In this document: piece after piece, positions 52,484-60,373 of the stretch
Position numbering within the stretch: position 1 is the first letter of the stretch
Layout: each line of letters begins with the position of its first letter
Source of the DNA: a virus
Lineage: Duplodnaviria > Caudoviricetes
Length of the DNA stretch: 60,373 nt
Strand: one strand, 5' to 3'
IMG/VR virus record: IMGVR_UViG_3300018418_000019
Location: 1-60,373 of that record
The notes under the pieces: generated by a model
The model's database searches: none
Seen by the model: the letters and a program-made list of their open reading frames with translations, nothing else
Told to the model about the DNA's origin: nothing
Position numbers and translations under genes: made by a program

Positions 52484-53323
52484 ATGGAAAACGCAGTTAA
52501 AAGAGGTCGCCCTGCGAAGGCGGCACCCAAGGTGGCGGTAGAGACCACCGAACAGCCCCCAGCAAAGAAGTCGGTTGCTGTAAAAAGAAACATACCGAAC
52601 CCCTTGGCAATGCCAACCACATATGTCACAGTTAATGGCAAGGGTGGTATTGTGTTGAAGATTAGAAACTCGGGGCTTCAGTATTACGACAAAGAAACGG
52701 GAAACGTTAGGCAGCTTAGATACGCTCCTATGGAATCATCTGTGTTTGCAGATGAGCAATCTGACAATCCCGTGTTGGAGCAGGTATTCTTCTATGACAA
52801 AATGATTGTTGTACCTGTCAACAAACCAAACCTTAAGAAGTTTTTGGATTACCATCCTGACAACCAGGCCAATGGCGGGAAGGAGTTTAAGGCCCTCAAC
52901 CTCAACGAAAATAGAGAGGCCGAGATTCAGGATGAGTTCCTTGTTCACGATGCAATAAGCATCATTAAGAGCAAGAGTATCTCTGACCTCATTCCTTTGG
53001 CTATGGCTCTTATGATTAACATAGACCAAGACGACCTTTCGGTTAAGAGAGCCCTTGTGAGATACGCAAGGAGCAATCCTCAGAAGTTCTTGGACATGAC
53101 CACCAACCCGCTGGTTGAAATTCGTAGCTCAGTTTCGCAGGCATTTGACTTTAACATTGTAAGGTACAATGGTGGCGCGGTCGTATGGTACGACACAAAC
53201 AAAGTCATCACGTCTGTACCTACTGGTCAGGATGCTAAGGAAACACTGTCTCGGTTCTGCATGACAGATAGCGGAGCTTCGGTGTTGTCCGAAATAGAAA
53301 AGCAGCTTGCAGAGATAGCCTGA
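52484..53323 (+). CDS. Virion-module protein downstream of capsid gene
   Basis: RQLRYA...S.F.DEQ...L.KFL..HP; position typical of crAss-related head modules. Confidence 0.6.
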   Translation: MENAVKRGRPAKAAPKVAVETTEQPPAKKSVAVKRNIPNPLAMPTTYVTVNGKGGIVLKIRNSGLQYYDKETGNVRQLRYAPMESSVFADEQSDNPVLEQVFFYDKMIVVPVNKPNLKKFLDYHPDNQANGGKEFKALNLNENREAEIQDEFLVHDAISIIKSKSISDLIPLAMALMINIDQDDLSVKRALVRYARSNPQKFLDMTTNPLVEIRSSVSQAFDFNIVRYNGGAVVWYDTNKVITSVPTGQDAKETLSRFCMTDSGASVLSEIEKQLAEIA

Positions 53324-53341
53324 CACTGCGTGTGAGGCAGC

Positions 53342-53378
53342 AAGGGGGAGTGGCCAGAAGGCCCTCCCCTTTTTCTTT
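53342..53378 (+). terminator. Rho-independent terminator
   Basis: GGGGAG-T-GGCC-AGAA-GGCC-CTCCCC-TTTTTCTTT. Confidence 0.75.
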
Positions 53379-53385
53379 ATATTTG
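53378..53385 (+). promoter_or_regulatory. Sigma-70 -7 element (TATATTTG)
   Basis: Overlaps the terminator tail; upstream of the tail genes. Confidence 0.65.
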
Positions 53386-53406
53386 CTGTAGCCGAAAACA
53401 GCAGAT

Positions 53407-54123
53407 ATGATAAGCGTTAAGAGAGTATATGAGGTATTGAAAGACCTTGCTAATAAGGAGCAGAGAGGTTTTGTTAGCCCATCAGAGTTTAACACCATGG
53501 CTCCTGTAGCTCAAACCGCTGTATACAACAAAATGTGGGCTGAGGTTTTGGCGGCAGAAACCGTAAGGCTTAGAAACATGGATGGTCAAAGGGCCATGTC
53601 TAAGGCCAATGACGTAAGAGAGGAGCTCTCCATGTACATGAAGTCCTCTACGATAGAGCGGCAAAGCGACCTCAAGTACAACTATCCAGACGACTGCTAT
53701 AAGCTTGCGTCAGCGAAAACTTACGGCAAGGTGCTTATGGGCGTAACAACGTCTACACCTGTTGAGTTGGTATACGACATCCACAAGATTGACTACATGC
53801 TTCAAAGCACACTCTCTGCGCCAAGTATAGGCAAGCCAGTCATGCTTGTAGCGGATTCTCTGGAGGTATACCCCAACTCAATCAAGAAGATTGACATCAG
53901 GTATTACAAGGTTCCCGAGGGTGTCACCACTGCTGGAGCACAAACCACATCTCAACCAGAGTACGGGTTCTCTACCGTAGCTGGTGATGAGGTATACAAC
54001 GCATCATCCAGTGTTGACTTCGAGCTGCCAGAAGACAGGGAGGTAGAGCTTATTGTTGAGCTGGCTGGTATGATAGGCACATCTATAAGAGATGCTGCAC
54101 TGACTAATTACGGAAGACAGTAA
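53407..54123 (+). CDS. Tail ring / head-tail adaptor protein
   Basis: VY..L..LANKEQRGF..P.EFN..A..AQ ... Y...P...SVDFELP...G..IRD. Confidence 0.7.
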   Translation: MISVKRVYEVLKDLANKEQRGFVSPSEFNTMAPVAQTAVYNKMWAEVLAAETVRLRNMDGQRAMSKANDVREELSMYMKSSTIERQSDLKYNYPDDCYKLASAKTYGKVLMGVTTSTPVELVYDIHKIDYMLQSTLSAPSIGKPVMLVADSLEVYPNSIKKIDIRYYKVPEGVTTAGAQTTSQPEYGFSTVAGDEVYNASSSVDFELPEDREVELIVELAGMIGTSIRDAALTNYGRQ

Positions 54124-54125
54124 CA

Positions 54126-54932
54126 ATGGCACGCAACCTAACAACAGTTTCAGAAGTTGTTAGCGACTTCATCATGTCGCTTGACGGCGATGACTTCGCT
54201 AAAAATGTATCAGACACTCTGGTCCACAACTATGCCCTAAGGGGTATCAGAGAGATGGGCTTTGATATGATGCAGCGCATCCGCTCGATAAAGCTTTCGG
54301 TTAACAGCAACGACACCGTCGACTTGCCTGACGACTTTGTCTCCATGAGTAAGATAGGTGTTGTCGGAACCGACGGTCTAGTGTATGTGCTCACGCCAAA
54401 CAGCAACATCAATATTTCTCAGAAGTACGCCACCACATCTTCGGGCAACTTGCTCGATTCAGATGGCGACGGAGTGTATGACAGGGTTGACGACAAGACT
54501 CCAGTTCAGGCTGGGGTGTTCGGGCAGGATGACCACGTTGTATTCAGCAACTACATCTACCAAAACAATGTTGGCCAGGTGTATGGCTTTGGCGGCGGAC
54601 AGTACAGAGGTGAGTACAGACTCAACCATGACCAAAACAGAATAGAGCTTGCTTTAAGCAGTGATGTTAACGAGGTTGTGATTGAGTATGTTGCTGATGA
54701 GGCACGGAGTGAAAACCCCACTGTACACGTCATGGCGGAGGAGGCTTTGCGTGCATACATCTACTACAAGATTATAGAGCGAAAGAGCGTTGTTCCTGCG
54801 GGCGAGAAGGCAAGGGCTAGGGCTGAGTACTTTAACGAGCTTAGACGGGCTAATTCGCGCCTTAAGTCCTTTAGCAAGGAGGATGCGCTACAGGTAATTC
54901 GCAAGAACTTCAAACAAGCTCCTAAGTACTAA
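54126..54932 (+). CDS. Tail ring / tubular adaptor protein
   Basis: A.RGI.E..FD, LPDDFV...KI, V.IEY..D, VH..AEEAL.AYI; directly precedes the nozzle gene. Confidence 0.7.
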   Translation: MARNLTTVSEVVSDFIMSLDGDDFAKNVSDTLVHNYALRGIREMGFDMMQRIRSIKLSVNSNDTVDLPDDFVSMSKIGVVGTDGLVYVLTPNSNINISQKYATTSSGNLLDSDGDGVYDRVDDKTPVQAGVFGQDDHVVFSNYIYQNNVGQVYGFGGGQYRGEYRLNHDQNRIELALSSDVNEVVIEYVADEARSENPTVHVMAEEALRAYIYYKIIERKSVVPAGEKARARAEYFNELRRANSRLKSFSKEDALQVIRKNFKQAPKY

Positions 54933-57900
54933 TGGCTATTGATAAGCTAATCCCACAATATCTCAACAGGGACGACGACGAGAGAATCCTCAAGTCATAT
55001 GAGATGGTTGACGCCCTGAATGTTCGCATCTCACACGAGGAGGATGGTGATGCTGGAGTCATTAAGAATGTAGAGGGCAACCAGAGCGTCGCTGCAAAGT
55101 CGGCGTCAGACACGATTCCAGCCACGGGTCTTAACAAGGTTATAGGTGCTGTAAGTTCTGAAGCTCACAAGTGCATCTACTTCTTTTTGTATAACGGCAA
55201 CGGCAATCACGGTATCTACAAGTACACTGCACTTCCAGGAACAGAGGATAGTGATGTGTATCAAAAGGTGTACGAGTCAAGCTCACTCAACTTTAACCTC
55301 CAAGGGTATGTGTCAGCTGACTTGATTGTAAATCAAAACGGCGAGCACCTTTTGTACTTTACCGACAACAGGAATGAGCCAAGAAAGATTAATGCAACAA
55401 AAGCAGTTTCTGGAGCTTACTCAGACTTGATTAACAACGGCACTGATGACGAAAAAGAGCTGTTCTTGAGCGTATGTAAACAGCCACCTCTTAAGCCACC
55501 AACCTTCGTCTTTAATAGCAACAGCGCGCTTGCTCGCAATCAGCTGAACGACAAGGTATTTCAGTTTGCATACCAATATGTTTATGACGATGGTGAGGTG
55601 AGTGCGCTATCACCATACTCTAAGCTGGCTATAAGCTCAAATCACCTGGCGTTTAATAACGCTCAGCGCGCCATCTATGACGGGCTCAACAATGAGATTG
55701 AGATTACTGTAGATAACAATAAGGGCCCAGTTAAGAAGATTAGGCTCTACGCTCGTAAGGGAAATGGGGGTTATTTTGTTAAGGTCGCAGAAGTAAACAA
55801 CATCCCTGATGTTGACACTCAATCGGTAGTGTTTAGGAACGATGGACTGTACAATCAGTTGGATGAGAATACGGCCAACAAGCCGTTTGACTCAGTGCCT
55901 CGCCTTGCTGGGGCTCAGACATTTTCAAACAACAGGTTGTTTTACGGAAATTATGTAGAAGGATTTGATAACATCCAGACCGAAACGCTAACATTTCCAG
56001 TGTATTACGACGTCACCCAGGGCGCCGACATCTCGGTAGACAGGGGTGATGTTCAAACACTCCAGCAGAACGAAGGGAATTTGTACTACAGGGCCGCTCT
56101 TGCGCTTGGTAGTAGGTACGACAATATGGAGGCAGAGGCTATTGTATTTCCCCATGACCCTCTAAACAATTTTCAAATGCGAGGGACTGGGAAACCAATC
56201 TCTTTTGGGGTTGATATATCTAACATAAACTCAAATGGAATTGCTGATGATGCAACGCTGGCTATAAATATTGGCTTAAATGGTGACGCCATTGGTATTG
56301 TCAACATATCCGCGCCTGAGTTTTCAGAAATTGGAGAGCCGCCTGACTTCACTTACGATTATCAGTATAAAGCCTTTGATATTCCGATTACGCTTTTTGA
56401 CGACGGGGCTCAAGTTGACCACGAGGGCACGGCGGGGGATGGCGGAAAGATTCTCTTTATGTCCCCGCACAGATACGCATCTCGTGATTTAGGAGATGGC
56501 TTTACAGAGTACAACTATCACAGGCACCACTCTTTGAACAACCTTCAGATGCTGAGTGCTATTGAGTTGAATGAGCTTATTGAGGTTAGCGCTGGCACCA
56601 CGAGGGATGAGATTGGTCAGATTATAGTGGATAGGGTTAATGGCTCAACGGCCACGGTTGCTGTGGCTTCTAAAATGGTGGGGCCAGATGTGGACCGCGC
56701 AGCCCTGAATGCTATTGGCGGTATTAAGTCTCAGGCCATTAAAGATGAAGTGAACTTTTCAGAACAAATTTTCTCTGAAAACGTCTATATTAATCCAGGG
56801 CTGGAGGATGTATACGAGTATGATAGAGGCTTTATTTGGATTGAATGGAAGGGTGAGTTTACCTTTAGTGTAGACGCCAGTTATGACGAGACAACATCCC
56901 AGGTTTCATTCGTTTATAGACTGGAGGATGTAAACATAGAGGCTGAGTCTGCAAAGACTTGGAATAGCACTTACCTCCCAAACAGTAAGTATAATGGCTC
57001 CGCCGTGACGGGTCACTCCTACTCTAACGGTGAGGTTGTATGCTCGGTAAAGACAACACAGAACTTTGCAAACAATGGAGGCGGGGCCCTCAAGGATGGT
57101 CCAGATTACGCCTGTGGAATTAGGGATGTTGCTGTCTTTGGGTCAGCGCAGCTTGTTTCTGGCACGAATGATACCGATAAGAATAGGTCCTTTAAGTCTG
57201 GGGCTTCTCATGAATTTGGGATAGTTTATTTTGATGACAGGAATAGGTCTGGTGGGGTTCAAAAACTTGGGGCCCTTCAGGTTGCGCCTATTGGTTCGCC
57301 AAGAAGGAATGGAAGAAACGGGCGGTCTGAGATAGACATTCGATTGATGCACGACCCACCCGACTGGGCTGTGCGTTGGGCTCCCGTGTATTCTAAGAAT
57401 ACCACTTACGAAAAGTTTCTTCAGTTTACCGTTGCCGAAGCAATGCTTCCAAACCTCAATCTGTTTAGGGACATCCTCTCGCCTGTAGACACGGAGGGAG
57501 ACGACAGCCTAAAGAACAGTAGGAAGATTAACTCGGCTCTTGGAGATGATGTACGCTCTGCGATATTTCTCTCGATGAGAACTCTTGAGGGTAAGAACAG
57601 TTCATATAAGGAGTTCAAGGGAGGTAACGTTAACTATCAATATACCGAGGGTGACATCCTTCGGGTGGTGTCTTACGTGTCTAAGAACGGAACTAGGGTT
57701 TACCCAAACAACGTAGAGTTCACTATCACTGGATACACCTTTTTTAATGACGATGAGAATAACCCGCTTGTGGTTTCTCAGACATCCACCGACATCAGTT
57801 CCGATGAAGAGGCCTCGGAAAAGGACAATGCCTACAGAAGAACTGGATGGTTCCTTAGCATACGAGACAACTCCATTTCTGGTTTCGACAGAAGCTCAGT

Positions 57901-60328
57901 GCAGCGAGCCAAAGACTACTTTAGTCAGGGTTGTGTTGTAGAAATTATGACACCTAAGAAGTCGGCTGAGTCTCAGGTGTACTATGAGATTGGTGAATCG
58001 TTTCCTATTGTTACTGCTAACGGGAAAAGAACTCACGGTGGCTCAAGGGGCAACACGTCACAGGGCAACATAGACATGACGGTTACGTCAGAGAGCTTCT
58101 TCGTTTCTTCTAAGCGCTTGTACCTTGGCGACAAGGTTCTTGTTGCCACTCCTTTTGATGGCGTCGCCGCCAACGCAAGCGGATTTGTATTTGTTTCAGG
58201 AGTTGCTCCAGTCCCCAACGGTTACAGATATTTCGTAGACCCAAGCAATAATTTTGTCAGCGCCGCCGTGGGTGAGTCCTATACAGGGACAGTGCCCTCT
58301 CAATATGGAAACAGCAACTCAGCTCACTATGGTGTTGTTACGCTTAGAGACGGTGATGTATACTACAGAAGTAGGGAGATGCTCGTCAACGCCAAGCAGG
58401 ATTTTTCTCCAGCCTTGTCTCCAGGTGATACATTTAAGTACAACCCGACGGCTCCAAGGAAGCAGGATTACGAAAGGTTTGATATTGAGGACGCCTCCGT
58501 TAGTGACTTTTTTGAATCAAACTCATACTCCACTGGACGTCCACATATAGAGACACCAGAGCAGGCGAGAATGAGGCGCACCACGTCAATTACGTATAGC
58601 GACCCATTTGCTTTTGATTCAACTCAGCTAAATCTTTCATCATTCAACCCGAGCTTGTTCCCGTATCATGACATGCCGTCTAAGCATGGTGATATAGCAG
58701 CGCTTATAGATGGCAATGAGTCGCTCACGGTTTTGCAGGAAAGCAAGGTGTCCTTATTGCCCATTGACAGGAACGTTGTTGAGCTTGGTGGTGACAGCAA
58801 CATGGTTGCGTCAACGAATGTTATTGGCACACCTACATTTATGTCTGGTTCTTATGGACCAGGTAACTCACCCGAGGGTGTCATTGAGAGATTCGGTCAG
58901 GTATATTTCTCCGACGCAAGAAGCGGTGTGGTGTGCAGGATTGATGGGGGCGGTATTGTGCCTATTAGCTCAGAAAAGATGGAGTCATATTTTGAGGGTC
59001 TCTTTGGAGGCGTCAACAATGCCGTTGCCCGACCAAGAATCCCAAGCGGCTTTGACCCAGAGAACGGTGAGTACATAATTACTACAGAGCCTATTGACTT
59101 TAAGAAGTTTGTGATAAACCAGTCTACTGTTGGGTACGCTGCCGCCGCCCCAGATAACGCTACATATACAGACATTAAGGTTCAGCCCAAGTTTGCAACA
59201 GACTTGCTGTTGTCCTGGGACACGGAGAAGCTTGACTGGGATGAGGCAGATTGGGCGACGAGCACCTGCATCCCCAAGTGGGATGACATGCACCAAGGAA
59301 TTATATTTTTGGATAGAGTGAACGAGACTAGCGGTGTGTACATTGACCCTGTGTATGAAACGTCTGGAGCTAGCATCAGGATTGACACCATGGTAGAGGG
59401 CCAGCTGTATCGCGGCAGTGCCCACATTTCATTACAAGACTTTACCGTAGAGTTTTGTCAGACCCTCATTCAGACTAGTGGGGCCTCGGCAACTCAGTAT
59501 ATGGATATCCTACCTGCTGTAGACCCAGAGCAGGCTACGATTGCTTGGTCGCCTGCGGCGCAGAAGTGGTTGACATTCTACTCCTTCATACCAGACTTGT
59601 ACGTCAACGTACAGAATAGATTCTTTTCCTTTAAGGATGGGCAGATGTGGTATCACAACAAGCTGTCTACAAGGAATAGCTTCTACGGAGATACATACCG
59701 CTCAGAGCTTGAGCTCATCTCCAAGGGTAACCCTAGCAGCATTAAATTCTACAAGGCCATGAGCCTAGAGGGTAACGCGAATTGGAAGACCACGCTTTCT
59801 AATGAGAAGCAGCAGGCCGCTGTGATAGAGACTAGTCACTGGAATGAGAAGGAGGGTCTCAGATATGCAAACATCCCAAGGGTTATTGACGAAGACCCTA
59901 ACCCAGAGATAACTACTCTGCCGTCATCTGCCTACAGGGTTGTGGGTACAGTAGATTCTGTTGATGGTACGTCGGTTACGTTTACATCTAACGTAAACAA
60001 GTCACCTGTCATCACTGGTCCTTCCGCTAAAGTTTACAGACACCGCAGTGGCGTTGACGCTGGATGGGTGCAGGTCACTGGAAAGATATCTGCTCTGTCA
60101 AATAAGAACACGGTTTCCTTCACATCGGACCCAAGTGCGGACGTTCAGGCTGGCGACATCATTGCCAACGTATACTCTGGCGGTGTAAACGGAGACACCC
60201 TAAGAAGCTACTACACAAAGGTTAAGCTCGAAAACGAAGACTCAGAAGCCAGGGAGTTGTATGCAGTAAATCTCGTGTATGAGTCATCAACTCTACACAA
60301 CGATGGTGGCCAACCTAATAATCAGTAA
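54932..60328 (+). CDS. Tail nozzle/stabilisation protein (P22 gp10 / crAss muzzle-like)
   Basis: LN.D.DER....DALN.R, LLYFTD..N.PRKIN, FAY.Y.Y.DGE.S..SPYS, NRL.YGNY.EG, SFKS...H.FGIVYFD..NR, LQE.KVS, YF.D...G.V.R, W.TFYSF.P, K.YK...LEG. Confidence 0.8.
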   Translation: MAIDKLIPQYLNRDDDERILKSYEMVDALNVRISHEEDGDAGVIKNVEGNQSVAAKSASDTIPATGLNKVIGAVSSEAHKCIYFFLYNGNGNHGIYKYTALPGTEDSDVYQKVYESSSLNFNLQGYVSADLIVNQNGEHLLYFTDNRNEPRKINATKAVSGAYSDLINNGTDDEKELFLSVCKQPPLKPPTFVFNSNSALARNQLNDKVFQFAYQYVYDDGEVSALSPYSKLAISSNHLAFNNAQRAIYDGLNNEIEITVDNNKGPVKKIRLYARKGNGGYFVKVAEVNNIPDVDTQSVVFRNDGLYNQLDENTANKPFDSVPRLAGAQTFSNNRLFYGNYVEGFDNIQTETLTFPVYYDVTQGADISVDRGDVQTLQQNEGNLYYRAALALGSRYDNMEAEAIVFPHDPLNNFQMRGTGKPISFGVDISNINSNGIADDATLAINIGLNGDAIGIVNISAPEFSEIGEPPDFTYDYQYKAFDIPITLFDDGAQVDHEGTAGDGGKILFMSPHRYASRDLGDGFTEYNYHRHHSLNNLQMLSAIELNELIEVSAGTTRDEIGQIIVDRVNGSTATVAVASKMVGPDVDRAALNAIGGIKSQAIKDEVNFSEQIFSENVYINPGLEDVYEYDRGFIWIEWKGEFTFSVDASYDETTSQVSFVYRLEDVNIEAESAKTWNSTYLPNSKYNGSAVTGHSYSNGEVVCSVKTTQNFANNGGGALKDGPDYACGIRDVAVFGSAQLVSGTNDTDKNRSFKSGASHEFGIVYFDDRNRSGGVQKLGALQVAPIGSPRRNGRNGRSEIDIRLMHDPPDWAVRWAPVYSKNTTYEKFLQFTVAEAMLPNLNLFRDILSPVDTEGDDSLKNSRKINSALGDDVRSAIFLSMRTLEGKNSSYKEFKGGNVNYQYTEGDILRVVSYVSKNGTRVYPNNVEFTITGYTFFNDDENNPLVVSQTSTDISSDEEASEKDNAYRRTGWFLSIRDNSISGFDRSSVQRAKDYFSQGCVVEIMTPKKSAESQVYYEIGESFPIVTANGKRTHGGSRGNTSQGNIDMTVTSESFFVSSKRLYLGDKVLVATPFDGVAANASGFVFVSGVAPVPNGYRYFVDPSNNFVSAAVGESYTGTVPSQYGNSNSAHYGVVTLRDGDVYYRSREMLVNAKQDFSPALSPGDTFKYNPTAPRKQDYERFDIEDASVSDFFESNSYSTGRPHIETPEQARMRRTTSITYSDPFAFDSTQLNLSSFNPSLFPYHDMPSKHGDIAALIDGNESLTVLQESKVSLLPIDRNVVELGGDSNMVASTNVIGTPTFMSGSYGPGNSPEGVIERFGQVYFSDARSGVVCRIDGGGIVPISSEKMESYFEGLFGGVNNAVARPRIPSGFDPENGEYIITTEPIDFKKFVINQSTVGYAAAAPDNATYTDIKVQPKFATDLLLSWDTEKLDWDEADWATSTCIPKWDDMHQGIIFLDRVNETSGVYIDPVYETSGASIRIDTMVEGQLYRGSAHISLQDFTVEFCQTLIQTSGASATQYMDILPAVDPEQATIAWSPAAQKWLTFYSFIPDLYVNVQNRFFSFKDGQMWYHNKLSTRNSFYGDTYRSELELISKGNPSSIKFYKAMSLEGNANWKTTLSNEKQQAAVIETSHWNEKEGLRYANIPRVIDEDPNPEITTLPSSAYRVVGTVDSVDGTSVTFTSNVNKSPVITGPSAKVYRHRSGVDAGWVQVTGKISALSNKNTVSFTSDPSADVQAGDIIANVYSGGVNGDTLRSYYTKVKLENEDSEARELYAVNLVYESSTLHNDGGQPNNQ

Positions 60329-60337
60329 ATTAGCAAC

Positions 60338-60373
60338 ATGTTTGACGAGTACGGAAACCCAATTCAGATAGGA
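60338..60373 (+). CDS. Start of next gene (3'-truncated)
   Basis: ATG 4 nt after a TAAATTAG box; frame open to the window end. Confidence 0.5.
   Translation, partial: MFDEYGNPIQIG

Noticed and set aside
1-60373. Stop-codon reassignment as in some crAss-like phages
   Set aside because: Hallmark genes are uninterrupted in the standard code, TAA and TGA are common stops, TAG ends at least one gene (16100), and the canonical tRNA reads UCU, not a suppressor anticodon.

Overview
Most of the genome of a lytic podovirus with crAss-like gene content and order, infecting a Bacteroidota (probably marine Flavobacteriales) host. The host assignment rests on repeated TAnnTTTG sigma-70 -7 boxes, no obvious Shine-Dalgarno motifs and two type IX secretion (T9SS) sorting domains. 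The plus-strand late arm runs from 29.6 to 60.4 kb and probably wraps to 1-13 kb. It holds small basic proteins, a lytic transglycosylase, GroES-like protein, terminase, portal, fibre/appendage proteins, scaffold, major capsid, tail ring and nozzle proteins, a 3438-aa polyvalent/ejection protein and a lysis cassette. The minus-strand arm (13-29 kb) holds an array of small early genes including ardC, Erf/exonuclease/SSB-like genes, a tRNA/ncRNA cluster, a DnaA-domain-IV-like protein, a primase-helicase, nucleases and a two-gene T9SS-cargo cassette. I recognised no DNA polymerase, RNA polymerase, sigma factor or integrase. The main unexplained signals are: (i) phage-encoded T9SS cargo, with a dockerin-like motif shared with a probable virion protein; (ii) eight copies of a bipartite ECF-sigma-like early promoter with fixed spacing; (iii) an atypical D-arm-less tRNA(UAU)-like RNA flanked by two GCAUGGUG-containing structured elements; (iv) apparently leaderless late transcripts; (v) KxQ-delimited modules in the giant protein; (vi) a 42-aa peptide resembling a ribonucleotide reductase C-terminal tail. 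All family calls are by-eye motif recognition; no database searches were run.
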